A stretch of 64,000 nt of DNA. Origin: an uncultured Gemmatimonadaceae bacterium (lineage in GTDB: Bacteria > Gemmatimonadota > Gemmatimonadetes > Gemmatimonadales > Gemmatimonadaceae). Under the pieces are notes generated by a model, which worked only from the letters and a program-made list of their open reading frames with translations, was not told where the DNA came from and did no database searches. The translations under genes were made by a program, and so were the position numbers. Positions 28,953-40,214 of this stretch are shown here, piece after piece (position 1 is the stretch's first letter; every line of letters begins with the position of its first letter). The DNA lies in assembly GCA_963843845.1 (NCBI GenBank), contig CAWJMB010000002.1, forward strand, positions 1,568,001 to 1,632,000, given 5' to 3'.

Positions 28953-31900
28953 AGGCGTGCGGCGGCGCGGTCGGGCGCTTCGCGCTGCCGCGTGCGGCCT
29001 GACGCTCGCGCTCGCCGCGCGCGCCGCGTGCGCGCAGGGCGTCGATCCGCGCGGCGACTGGCGCACGCTCGACGACGCCGCACTTCCGCGTGCACGTCGC
29101 CGCCGCGCTCGAGGCGCAGGGGCGCCGCGCCGCGGCGGACGCGGAAGCGGCGTGGACGACTGCTCGCGCGCGAGCTGCGCGCGCCGCGCGGACCGCGTCG
29201 ACCTCGTCGTCTGACCGACAACAGCGACATCTCGAACGGCTTCGCGACGCCGCTGCCGTCGAACCGCATCGTCGTCTACGCGCAGCCGCCCGTCGACGCG
29301 CCGGCGCTGCGCTTCTACGACGACTGGCTGCAGCTCGTCATCACCCACGAGCTGACGCACGTCTTCCATCTGGACCGCGCCGCGCGGCGTCTGGCGACTG
29401 CGGCCGCGCGATCTTCGGGCGCAACCCGGCGCTCTTCCCGAACGCGTACGGCCCGTCGTGGCTGACCGAGGGGCTCGCCGTCTACTACGAGTCGCGCCTC
29501 ACCGGCGCCGGGCGGCTGCTGGGCACACGAGCACCGCCTCGTCGCGCGCGCCGCGCCGCGGAGGCGCGCGCTGCCGCGGCTCGACCAGCTCAGTCTCGCC
29601 GGCTCCGTCTTCCCGCTCGGCGAGCGCGCGTACGCCTACGGCTCGCTCGTCGTCGATTACGCGGCGCGGCACGGCGGCGCGCAGAACGTCGGCCGCTTCG
29701 TCACCGCGCAGAGCCGCAGCTCATTCCGTGGCGGCTCGAACCGCGCGGCGCGCCAGAGCTTCGGCTTCTCGTTCACCGACGCGTGGCGGCAGTGGCGCGA
29801 CTCGGTGACGGCGAGTGTCGGGGCTGCGGGACCGGTGGGCGATCGCGGAGTGTCGGGGCCTCGCGACTCCGGAGGCACCGCCCGGGCGCCAGGCCCGGTC
29901 GCCCCCGGCTGGCGCGAACTGACCCGGAGCGGGTGGTTCGCCGAGGCACCGCGGTGGATCGACGACCGGACGCTGCTGTTCGTTCAGAGCGACGGGCGGT
30001 CGGCCGCGGCCGCGCAGCGCGTCACGCTCGGTGGGGCCGCGACGCGGCTGGGCCGACGCAACGACGTCTCCCCGAGCGCGCTCGTCCCCGGCCGCGGCAC
30101 GTACTTCACGCAGGTGGACTACACCGATCCGTACACGATCCGCAGCGATCTCTATCTCGAAGCGCCGGGCGCGCGCGATCCGGGGTTCGGCGCCGGCACC
30201 GGCGCGCAGCGGCGACTCACCGTCGGCGCCCGACTGTCGCACGTCGACGCGCGGCGCGATGGGTTGCTCGTCGCGGTGCAGGCCGCGGCCGGAACCACCT
30301 GGCTCGTCCGCGTGACCCCCGACGGGCGCACGATCGTGCCGCTCACCGCCGCCTCGCCGGACACGCAGTGGACCGAGCCGCGCTGGTCGCCCGACGGCCG
30401 CCGCGTCGTGGCGGTGCAGCTGACGCGTGGCGCGGGCTCGGCGATCGTCGTGCTCGACGACGATGGCCGCGGACGCTTCGACGTGACGCGCGACCGCGGC
30501 GTCAATTCGGCGCCGGCCTGGTCGAGCGACGGCGCGCGCATCTACTGGGCGTCCGACCGGACCGGCGCGCCGCAGCTCTACGCGGCCGACGTCGGGTCGA
30601 CCGCGCGGAGCGGCGCCGTGCTGCGACTGACCGGCGTCGCCACCGGACTGCTCGAGCCGGCGCCCGCTCCGAGGGGCGGCGCGCTCGCCGCGCTGCTGTT
30701 CCGGACGGACGGCGCGCACCTCGCCGTCGCCGACAGCGCGGCGCTGGTCGCCACGCCCGCGACGCGCGACTCGGCGTACTACGCGTCTGCCACGCGTGTC
30801 GCGACCGTCGCGGCGCGCACCGGCGCGCCGCTCGGGCCGTACTCGCCGTGGCGCTCGTTGCTGCCGCGCTACTGGTCGCCCGCCGCCGACGCGTCCGACG
30901 GCAACAGTTGGCTGCTCGGCGCCTCCACGAGCGGGACCGACGTGCTCGGTCGGCACGCGTACTTCGGGCAGCTGCTCGGCAACGTGGACACCGGCGACCT
31001 CGAAGGGAGCGCGACCTACCGGTACACGCGGTTCGTCCGGCCGATCGTCGACGTCGGCGCGAGCCAGGTGTGGCTGTACGACACGCTCGGCGTGCGATTC
31101 GCGAACGGTACGACGGGGCGCGCGTCGCTGGCTCGCCGTGCCCGGACCGCGTCGCTCGCGCTCACGTTCGCCCGTCCGCGCTTCCGCACGAATGCGTCGC
31201 TCGCCGTCGGCGCGACCTACGAGACGCGGGCATACACGTCGCCGAACGCAGCGGTGCAGGAAAGCGCGCAGGACCGGCTCGGCACGGCGTTCCCTGCGCT
31301 CTTCGCCAGCGGCGCGTGGTCGAACGTGCGTCGGCCGCGGCTCAGCATCTCGGGCGAGGACGGCGTGGCGCTCACGACGAGCGTGCAGCAGCGGTGGCAG
31401 AACGGCCGGCTCGGGCCGCAGTCGCGCCGGGCGATCGGCACCGCGCGCGTCTACAAGTCGCTCGACCTGCCCGGGTTCTCGCACCACGCGCTCGCGTTGC
31501 GCGTCGCCGCCGGTGCGACCGACGCGAAGACGGCGACCGAGCTGTCGGTCGGCGGTGTGAGCGGCGGCAGCGCGTCGATCGCGCCGGGCGTGTCGTTCGG
31601 CACGTCGGCGCGGACCTTCGGTGTCCGTGGGTTCGCGCCGGGGGTGCAGCAGGGAACGCGCGCTGCGTCCGCGGCGCTCGAGTACCGCGCCCCGGTGGCG
31701 CTGCCGGCGCGCGGTGCGGCGCTGCTGCCGGTGTTCGTCGACCGGCTGTCGGTCACCCTGTTCGGCGACGCGGGGAGCGCGTGGTGCCCCGCGTCGGTCG
31801 ACCGCGCCGTGCAGCTGCTGTGCGTCGTCGATCCGAGCGGCCGCCCGTCGCGTCGCTCGCCGGCGGCGCCGGCGTGGATGGCGTCCGCCGGCGCGGAGCT

Positions 31901-32030
31901 CGACCTCGACGCGGCGCTCGCGTACGACGCCGCGTTCCGGTTCCGCCTCGGAGCCGCGGCGCCGGTGGCGCGGCGCGAGCTGGCGTCGCGCTCGCTGTCG
32001 CCCTATCTCACGGTCGGTCTGTCGTTCTGA
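28950..32030 (+). CDS. outer-membrane protein: gluzincin-like peptidase domain + PD40/TolB-like repeats + Omp85-type barrel (5' part frameshifted)
   Basis: HELTH and WLTEGLAVYYES; PRWSPDGR and PAWSSDG; FGVRGF; C-terminal Phe. Confidence 0.75.
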
Positions 32031-32052
32031 TCCCTCGAGCCCCGCGCGTGGT

Positions 32053-32556
32053 ATGTCGATCGATCCCTCGGCGTTCATTCACCCGCTCGCGTTCGTCTGC
32101 GGCAGCGCCACGCTCGGCCCCCGCGCGAGCGTCTGGGCGTACGCCGTCGTGCGCGCCGACAACGACCCCATCGTCATCGGCGCCGACACGAACGTCCAGG
32201 ACGGTGCGGTGCTGCACACCGATCCCGGGCTCGTCTGCTCGCTCGGTGACCGCGTCGTCGTGGGGCACCGCGCGATCGTGCACGGCGCGACGGTGCACGA
32301 CGACGTGTTGATCGGCATGGGCGCCGTCGTCCTGAATCGCGCCGAGATCGGGAGCGGGTCGATCATCGGCGCGGGGGCCGTCGTGTCCGAGGGGACGATC
32401 ATCCCCCCGAATTCGCTCGTGATGGGCGTTCCGGCGCGGGTGGTGCGCGCGACGACCGACGAGCAACGGGCGGGGATTCGCCTCGGCGTCCGCGCGTACG
32501 TCGACCTGCAGACGCGGCACGCGGCCGGCGAATTTCCTCGCCACACGACGGCGTAG
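32053..32556 (+). CDS. gamma carbonic anhydrase family protein
   Basis: VRAD, IGADTNVQDGAVLH, GHRAIVHGA, hexapeptide repeats. Confidence 0.92.
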   Translation: MSIDPSAFIHPLAFVCGSATLGPRASVWAYAVVRADNDPIVIGADTNVQDGAVLHTDPGLVCSLGDRVVVGHRAIVHGATVHDDVLIGMGAVVLNRAEIGSGSIIGAGAVVSEGTIIPPNSLVMGVPARVVRATTDEQRAGIRLGVRAYVDLQTRHAAGEFPRHTTA

Positions 32557-32657
32557 CGACGGCACGCCACATGCTCCACGTGTTAGCGAGCAACGACCGG
32601 CAGTCGCCGCTTCTCCACAGGCCAATCTGGCACGGCCCGACCGCCAGAAAATCCGTA

Positions 32658-32686
32658 TTGTGCTTGTGAGCAAGCGGCCCTAGAAT
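32658..32686 (+). promoter_or_regulatory. putative sigma70 promoter for nrdJ
   Basis: TTGTGC (32658-63), 17-bp spacer, TAGAAT (32681-86). Confidence 0.45.
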
Positions 32687-32805
32687 CCGCTCCCCTCGCC
32701 AGAGTTTCCGCGACGCGCAGCGCCCCTCGGCTGCGGACGGTCGCCACCGATATGCTCGCGCACGCCGCACGTTACACCTTCGAGTCACCGATGGAGAGTC
32801 GTCGC

Positions 32806-35337
32806 ATGCCACTGTCGCCCACACCTCCGGCCATCCCCGCACAGCTGAACCAGAACGCCCGCACCGTCCTCGCGAAGCGGTATCTCGTGAAGGATGCGAG
32901 CGGCACGCCGACCGAGACGCCCGAAGACATGTTCTGGCGCGTCGCCACGGTCGTCGCGGAGGCCGACCGCCGCTACGGCGCGAGCGACGCCCAGGTGCAG
33001 GCGCTGGCCGAGGAGTTCTACGCGCTGATGACCCAGCGCCGCTTCGAGCCGAACTCGCCGACGCTCATGAACGCCGGCCGCCCGCTCGGCCAGCTCTCCG
33101 CGTGCTTCGTGCTGCCGGTCGAGGACGCGCTCTCGAACGGACAGAACGGGATCTACGACACGCTCCGCTCGATGGCGCTCATCCACCAGAGCGGCGGCGG
33201 CACCGGCTTCGGGTTCAGCCGGCTGCGTGGCAAGGGGAGCATGGTGCGCTCGACCACCGGCGTCGCGAGCGGGCCCGTGTCGTTCATGAAGCTCTACGAC
33301 GCGAGCACCGATGCGGTGAAGCAGGGAGGCACCCGGCGCGGCGCGAACATGGGGATCCTGCGCGTCGACCACCCGGACGTGCTCGACTTCATCAGCTGCA
33401 AGGAAGACCTCACCCAGGTCACGAACTTCAACATCTCCGTGGCGATCACGGAGAAGTTCATGCAGGCGCTCCACGCCGGCACGTCGTACGACCTGATCGA
33501 GCCGTCGAGCGGCCGGACGGTCGGGCAGCTCGACGCGCGTGAGGTGTGGGACAAGATGGTGCTCGGCGCGTGGCGCACCGGCGAGCCGGGCGTGTTCTTC
33601 GTCGACGAGGCGAACCGCTACAACCCGGTGCCGCACCTCGGCGCGTACGAGGCGACGAACCCGTGTGGCGAGCAGCCGCTGCTTCCGTACGACGTCTGCA
33701 ACCTCGGCTCGGTGAACGTCGGCTGGTACGTCGAGAACGGCGTCGTCGACTGGGAGGCGATGGGGCGCGACATCCGCACCTCGACGCACTTCCTCGACAA
33801 CATCATCGACGTCAACAAGTACCCGCTGCCGGAGATCGACGCGCTCTCGAAGCGCATCCGCCGCATCGGCCTGGGCGTCATGGGCTTCGCGGACATGCTC
33901 GTCCGCATGGGCATCCCCTACGACACGCCGGAAGGGGTCGAGATGGGGCGCCGCGTGATGGAGTTCCTCGATGTCGAGTGGAAGAAGGAGAGCGAGCGCC
34001 TCGCCAACGAGCGGGGCCCGTTCCCCGAGTGGGCGCGCTCGATCTGGGGCCCCGACGAGACCTGTGCCCGCGACGCGAGCGGCCAGCGCATCCGCCCGAT
34101 GCAGCTGCTCCGCAACTGCAACGTCACGACGGTCGCGCCGACCGGCACGATCAGCATCATCGCCGGCTGCGCGTCGGGCCTCGAGCCGCTGTTCGCCGTC
34201 GCGTTCATGCGCAACCAGGCGGGCGTCATGATGCCCGACGTGAACGAGGACTTCGTCGCCATCGCGCAGCGGGAGGGGTGGTACTCGGAGGCGCTCATGG
34301 AGCGCATCGCGAAGACCGGCTCGGTGCAGCACCCCGAAGTGCCGGAGCGGTGGCAGCGCGTCTTCGTCACGGCGAACGCCATCTCGCCCGAGATGCACGT
34401 CCGCATGCAGGCCGCCTTCCAGCAGCACTGCGACTCGGCGATCTCCAAGACGACGAACTTCGCCGGCTCGGCGACGGTCGAGGACGTCCGGGCGATCTAC
34501 GAGCTGGCGTATCAGCTCAAGTGCAAGGGCGTCACCGTCTACCGCGACGGCTCGCGCGACGGCCAGGTGCTGTCGACCGGCGCGACCGAGCAGGCGAAGA
34601 AGGAGCGCGAGAAGGGGAGCGCGCCGGTGTCGGCCGAGGCGGGCGCCGCGCCAGTGGGTGACGCCGGCGTGCTCAAGCGCGAAGTCGGCGAGCTGCGCGG
34701 CACGATCGCCGAGCTCGAGGCCGAGCTCGAGCGCACGAAGAAGAACCTGTACGACGCCGAAGCCGAGAACACGCAGCGTCGCGCCAAGCGCGCGCGCCCC
34801 GACACGCTCCGCTCGACCTCGAAGCGCAAGGAGACGCCGTTAGGCACCATGTTCGTCCACATCTCCGAGGACGACCGCGGCCAGCCGTTCGACGTCTTCC
34901 TCAACCTCGGCAAGGCCGGCGGGTCGGCGATGGCCGACGCGGAAGCGATGGGCCGGCTCGTCTCGCTCGCGCTCCGCTCGGGGATCCCGCTTCCGGAGAT
35001 CACCGCCAGCTCCGCGGCATCTCGTCCGATCGCGCGGTGGGCCTCGGCCCGAACAAGGTGCTGTCGATGCCGGATGCCGTCGGCATCGCGCTGAACGAGT
35101 GGGCGCGCGAGAAGCAGGGCGTGCAGCAGGACCTGCTCTCGATCCCGACGCCGCGTGTCCGCGATGCCCGCGATCTCCGCCGCGCCGACGATGGATGGCG
35201 GTCAGATGCAGCTGGCGGCCGAGTCGTACGACAGCGGGCAGGCGTTCATCGGGACGTGCCCGGATTGCGGCAGTCAGCTCGAGATGGCGGAAGGGTGCGC
35301 GAAGTGCCACGTGTGCGGATTCTCGGAGTGCGGCTGA
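32806..35337 (+). CDS. nrdJ: class II (adenosylcobalamin-dependent) ribonucleotide reductase with C-terminal TSCPD and Zn ribbon (frameshifts near 35000 and 35155)
   Basis: PNSPTLMNAG, SACFV, QGGTRRGANM, TNPCGEQ, CNLGS, APTGTIS, SAISKT, KGVTVYRDGSR, CPDC..EGCAKCHVCGFSEC. Confidence 0.95.
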
Positions 35338-35392
35338 ACCCGGGAGTCACGCGATGGTGCTACAGCGAGTCGCGGAGGTATTCGCTGTAGTG

Positions 35393-35467
35393 CTCGACGG
35401 AAGGAACGGAATGAACAGAAGAGATGACCCGAGCAGGTCTTCTGTACCTTCCGTTCCTTCCGTCGAG
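35393..35467. repeat. REP-like inverted repeat
   Basis: 19-bp perfect arms CTCGACGGAAGGAACGGAA (35393-35411) / TTCCGTTCCTTCCGTCGAG (35449-35467), plus inner ACAGAAGA/TCTTCTGT. Confidence 0.8.
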
Positions 35468-35502
35468 AACGCTCGCGCCGAGCGCGAACCGCTGTGACAG
35501 GA

Positions 35503-35535
35503 CGGGCCCGGTGCGACAGGATCGCACCGGGCCCG
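35503..35535. terminator. hairpin between convergent nrdJ and DUF5916-like gene
   Basis: 14-bp perfect GC stem CGGGCCCGGTGCGA / TCGCACCGGGCCCG with 5-nt loop. Confidence 0.6.
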
Positions 35536-35564
35536 CGTCACATGTCACGGCGCGATCAGACTCG

Positions 35565-38000
35565 TCACACCCGCCGCCACAGGTAGCTCATCTTCACGAA
35601 GAACGCGTCGCGCACGCGGTCGAACTGCGCGAAGCGCAACTGCTGCGGCTCCGACAGCGTGCTCCCGTAGCCGACGAACACACGGTCCCCGGCACGGCAG
35701 GTACGAGAACAATCCCTCCGGCCGGAACGTGTTGACGTGACTTCGCCCGCCCCGTCACCGTCGAGAAGCCGCGCCCCTGCACGTAGCCGCGCGCTCGTCT
35801 GCAGAGAATCGGGCTCCCGGAGCCGCCGACGTCGCGCAGATCGTCGGCGTAGTCCGCGCGATACTCGGCGAGCGCGCGCACGAACAGCCACGCGCGAGAC
35901 TGGTACTCGACCCGGATGCGCGGGATGCGCGTCTCGCCGGCCAGCGATACCGTCGGTCGGCGCGTCCGTACCATTGCCACACGTACGTGCCGTCGACGCG
36001 AAGCTGCTCGCGTCGGGCGCCAGTCGAGGCCGGCCGTCGACGAGCCGATGTTCGCCGGCGCCCACTCGAAGAAGTTCTCGTCGCGACCCCGAGATGTACT
36101 GAGGTTCGCCGAGAGCGTCCGGAAGTTCGGCGTCGTCAGTGACAGCGACGTAGTCGCGGTTCGTGATGCGCTGCAGTCCCACGAACGGCACCGTGTCGCT
36201 CCGCGCGCCGAGGGTCCGCACGATGTAGCGGTTGGCGTACAGCGCGGGGTCGTAGCCGAACGCTTCCAGCAGGAACGAGGCGCCGACGCGCCACCCGCCG
36301 CTGCAGCTCGTGTTCGCGTTGAAGTGCAGCTTCTTCTCGAGCATGTCGTCGCCGTGCACGAACTGCATCGTACTTCCAGAGCCCGTCGCGATTGATGTCG
36401 AACGACGAGCTCTGGAACAGGGCCTCCTTCGTGCCGTAGGCCTTGAGCGTGTGGTCGCACGACGAGGTTGGCGACCGCGGGGCGATTGATGAAGCCGGCG
36501 TCGGTCTGGAAGTCGGTCGAGATCGCGTTGAGCGAGTAGCGCGTCGCGAACGTGCGGCCCGCGCGGCGCAGATCGACGTTGAAGAGCGGGCCGACGCGCG
36601 CCGGGGTGCCGGGCGTCGACGTCGAGCTGAGCGCGCCCTGCGCCTGCGGCTGATAGATCTTGCGCCAGACGATGCGGCCGTCGACCCCGCCGACGTGGTT
36701 CGCGAACCCCGCTTCGCTGCGCGTCGTGTACACGCCGCCGACGCGCGACGAGCGGCCGAGGTCGCGCTGCACGCGCAGCAGTCCGAACACCGCGTTGTCG
36801 GGGGAGCTCCGGTCGAACGACGCCGATTTGTCGTCGACCGCGGCGAGCGTGGCGAAGTTCACCCCCGCCGCCTTGCCGGCGACTTTCGTCGCGGCCAGCG
36901 GGGCCGCGATGCGGCGCGTGTAGATGAGCTGATTCGGGACGGCGAACTGCTCGATCCCGTCGAGGAAGAACGGCCGCCGTTCGGCGAAGAAGAGCGACTG
37001 GCGCGGATCGAACACGACCTGGCCGGCGTCCGACTCGACCTCGGCGAAGTCCGGGCGGATCGTCGCGTTCAGCGTGACGTTGTTCGTGATCCCCCACCGA
37101 ACGTTACCGCCGACCCGTGGGTCGCTGCGCACGTAGCGGTACTCGGGCGCGGCCACCGGCGCCCCGACGACCGGCGAGGCGATGACCGGTGCGCCGCGCA
37201 GGTGCGCCGTGACGACCGGGTTGAGGTCGAGCACGATGCCGCGGTGCAGGTCGGTGAGGCCGGTGAGATGCCCCGACTGCGCGAGGTACGACGCGGCGTC
37301 GCGCTGCGCGGGCGACCCAGCTGTACTCGTAGCCGCGGCTCTGCACGACGCGGATGACGTTGATGCCCCACGTCTGCGTCGGCGCCGACTGGTAGCGCAG
37401 GCTCTTGAACGGGATGCGGATCTCGACCTCGTAGCCGAAGTCGGTGAGCGTGCCCCTTGGACTGGAACACGTAGTCCGGACTGACGTCGGTCGGCTCGCG
37501 ACCGCCCTGGATGCCGCCGAACCCTCCGCCGCCCCGACCGCCCGCGTCTCGACGACGATGCCGTCGCCCTGGATGCCTAACGGGTTGACGGCGAACACCG
37601 ACGCCTGCCGCCCGTCGTTGAACGTGCCGAGGAAGAAGCCGAGGTAGTCGCCGTTGTAGATCTTGTCGCGGTCCGCGAGCACCGCGCGCACCGTCCCCGG
37701 CTCGGCGTAGGCGCGCACGCCGAAGTGGATCGCGGTCGGCGAGTACCAGACGAGCACCTCGGTCGAATCGTCCGCGGCGACGCCGTCGGTGGGGGCGTAG
37801 CGCGAGAACCCGGTGAGGCGCGCCGCCTTCGCCCAGACGGCCTCGTTCAGGTTGCCGTCGATCGTCGCCTCGGACTCGACGCGCGGGATGTCGACGTCGG
37901 TCTGGCCGGTGCGGCCGTCGAACGTCGGCGGGGCGAGGTGCGGCGGGGCAGACGACGCGGCGAGGCAGCACGCCGCGACGAGAGAGGGGAGAAACGGCAT
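35565..38000 (-). CDS. CBM9-like/DUF5916 outer-membrane protein (frameshifted)
   Basis: Signal peptide, IDGNLNEAVW, FAVNPLGIQGDG, EIRIPFKSLRY, PDFAEVESD, FAERRPFFLDG, terminal FFVKMSYLW. Confidence 0.8.
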
Positions 38001-38110
38001 GGGGCGGGCGTCGCGAGGACGGAAGGGTGGGTCGTCGAAGGTACGCGCTCGCGGTGCCGTGCGCCTCGGACGTGGGGCGACCTGTCAGGATCCTGACGCC
38101 AGTCGTGCGG

Positions 38111-39766
38111 TCAGGGCGGCATGTTCGGCACGCCGATCAGCGCGTTGTGCAGATCGACGCCGCTCCGGTACCGGTCGGAAGGCGACCGCCCGAGACATCG
38201 CTGCACCACGGCCTCGAGCATCGGCGTCACGCTCGCGCGCCGCGCGATCACCGACGGGACCGGTGCCGTGAACTTCGCGTTCAGCATGTTCACCGGGTTC
38301 GGGCTCGCGTATGGCACCTCGCCGGTCAGCATCTCGAACAGGATGCAGCCGAGGCTGTAGACGTCGGCGCGTGCGTCGATGCTCGCGCTGTCGCCGGTGA
38401 GCTGTTCTGGGCTCTGGTAGGCCGGCGAGCCCATGCGGATCGTCGCCGACGTGCGGTCGCGCGTCGTCGCGCGGCGGAGCGCCTCCGCGATGCCGAGCCC
38501 CGCGACGACGGCGCCGTTCGGGGTGACATGCACGTGCTTCGGGCGGAGGTCGCCGTGCAGCACGCCGCGCTCGTGCGCGTGGGCGAGCGCCGACGCGACA
38601 CCGCGCGCGATGCTCAACGCGTCCGGAACGGGGAGCTGTCGCTCGCGCGCGAGATGATCGCGCAGCGAGGGCCCGTTCGGGCGCGCCGTGACGTAGTAGA
38701 CCACGCCGTCGGCGACGCCGTGCTCGAGCAGACGCGCGACATGCGCGCTGTCGAGCGTCGTGAGTCGGCCGAGCTGCGCGTCGAGCGTGTCGAGGTCGGC
38801 GAGCGAACCCATGTTCGCGCCGACGACGTGGATGTCGACCGCCACGTTGTGCGATCGGTCGTATGCCTCGTAGCCGTCCCCACCGCCGGTCGCGGAGAGC
38901 GGCTTCCGGACGTCGATGTCGTAGCGCGCGCCGACCGCCCGCTGCAGCCACCCGAGCTGGCGGTCGCGCGCCTCGGCGGACGCAGCGCCACCGCCGATGC
39001 GAACGCCCGTCGTCGGGGTCGACGTCGCGGCCGCCGGGCGTGGCGGGCTATCGACGACGCCGGCGCGTAGCGCGTCGCGCAGGGCGACGACGTCGGCGTC
39101 CGGGTCGGTCCCCAGCTCCTCCCGGACGACCGCGGTGTGCACGCCGAAGAACTGCAGCGCGCCGGTGCGGTCGCCGGCGTCGGCGAGCGCCCGCATGAGC
39201 GCGACGGCATAGCGCGCGCTCACCGGATGCTCGGCGGCGAGCCGGCGCCACCAGGCGATGGCGCCCGTCTGGTCGCCGCGTGCAGCGCAGTCGCGCGCCA
39301 ACGTTTCGAGCGACGTCGTGTGGACGCCGGCATAGACCGCGCGCTGCGCGTCGGCCCACCGGTCGAACTCGGGCGCGTCCGGCACGTGAAAGCCGTCGAG
39401 GAACGTCCCTTTGTAGAGCGCCGCCACGCGCTGGTGCGCGCCGCTCTCGTGCGCCTCGGCGAGCTCGTAGACGTCGGAGGTCATCACGGACGGGTCGAGC
39501 TGGAGCGTCGTCGTGCCGACGAACAGATGCTCGCGCGCGACCGCCTGCTGGATGGCGTGCAGCGCCTGCCTCAGCGCGTGGCGTCCGCGCTCGGTGTCGG
39601 AGTCCGGCCAGAGATAGCCGAGGAGCTTGTCGCGGCTCACGGCGCGCGGACCCGCGGCGGCGACGAGGACGAGGAGCGCGATGCGTCGGCGCTGGCTCGC
39701 GCCGCCGGTGTGGGGAACACCGTCGTCGCGGAGCGACACGCCGCCAAAGGTCGTCAGACGGAGCAC
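38111..39766 (-). CDS. SARP/BTAD-type regulator fused to a degenerate Ser/Thr kinase domain
   Basis: LRLTTFGG, VSRDKLLGYLWP, LYKGTFLDGF, LMRALA, ELGTDP; then kinase fold GSPAYQSPEQ, DVYSLGCILFEMLTGEVPY. Confidence 0.85.
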   Translation of the reverse strand: MLRLTTFGGVSLRDDGVPHTGGASQRRRIALLVLVAAAGPRAVSRDKLLGYLWPDSDTERGRHALRQALHAIQQAVAREHLFVGTTTLQLDPSVMTSDVYELAEAHESGAHQRVAALYKGTFLDGFHVPDAPEFDRWADAQRAVYAGVHTTSLETLARDCAARGDQTGAIAWWRRLAAEHPVSARYAVALMRALADAGDRTGALQFFGVHTAVVREELGTDPDADVVALRDALRAGVVDSPPRPAAATSTPTTGVRIGGGAASAEARDRQLGWLQRAVGARYDIDVRKPLSATGGGDGYEAYDRSHNVAVDIHVVGANMGSLADLDTLDAQLGRLTTLDSAHVARLLEHGVADGVVYYVTARPNGPSLRDHLARERQLPVPDALSIARGVASALAHAHERGVLHGDLRPKHVHVTPNGAVVAGLGIAEALRRATTRDRTSATIRMGSPAYQSPEQLTGDSASIDARADVYSLGCILFEMLTGEVPYASPNPVNMLNAKFTAPVPSVIARRASVTPMLEAVVQRCLGRSPSDRYRSGVDLHNALIGVPNMPP

Positions 39767-39933
39767 GCGGGGGGCACGGAAGGAGGACAGGTCGTCGCCC
39801 AAAGATATGCGTAGGTGACGCGCTGGTGACGCTCCAGTGACTCTCCGGACGCATGATGCGCTTCGTTCGCGGCGCGATCGGCGCGTCCCGGGAGCGCGAC
39901 ACCACGCGAAGTCCCGCAGTCGATGCAGCTGCC

Positions 39934-40014
39934 GCCGTCGCCGTCGCCGTCGCCGTCGTCCCTGTCGCAGTCTCAGTCGCGGTCGCAGTCGTGGCTGCCG
40001 TGGTCGCTGCCGTT
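39934..40014. repeat. 6-bp tandem repeat (GCCGTC)4 decaying into NNNGTC units
   Basis: Read directly; lies between divergent genes. Confidence 0.75.
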
Positions 40015-40214
40015 CCAACCGCGCGTCGCGTGCGAAGCCCCCCGCCGCGGCACGCGGACCGCACTGCTCGTCGCTCCCGCCGGCGCATCCGTGACTGCGC
40101 CGGCGGGAGCGACGTGTGCGTATCGGCCGGAGCCGGAGTGTTGGAGAATCGGCGCGGGCGGCACGAATCGCGCTTCAGGTGACGGGCAGCCCGTGTCCCC
40201 GCGTCCAGGAGCCG

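Noticed and set aside
21878..29800. Pseudogene cluster
   Set aside because: All domains are present at full length across frames, and the same damage hits essential genes elsewhere, so sequencing error is more likely.
32557..32805. Cobalamin riboswitch upstream of nrdJ
   Set aside because: No recognisable B12-box or conserved GGGAA/GCCACTG elements.
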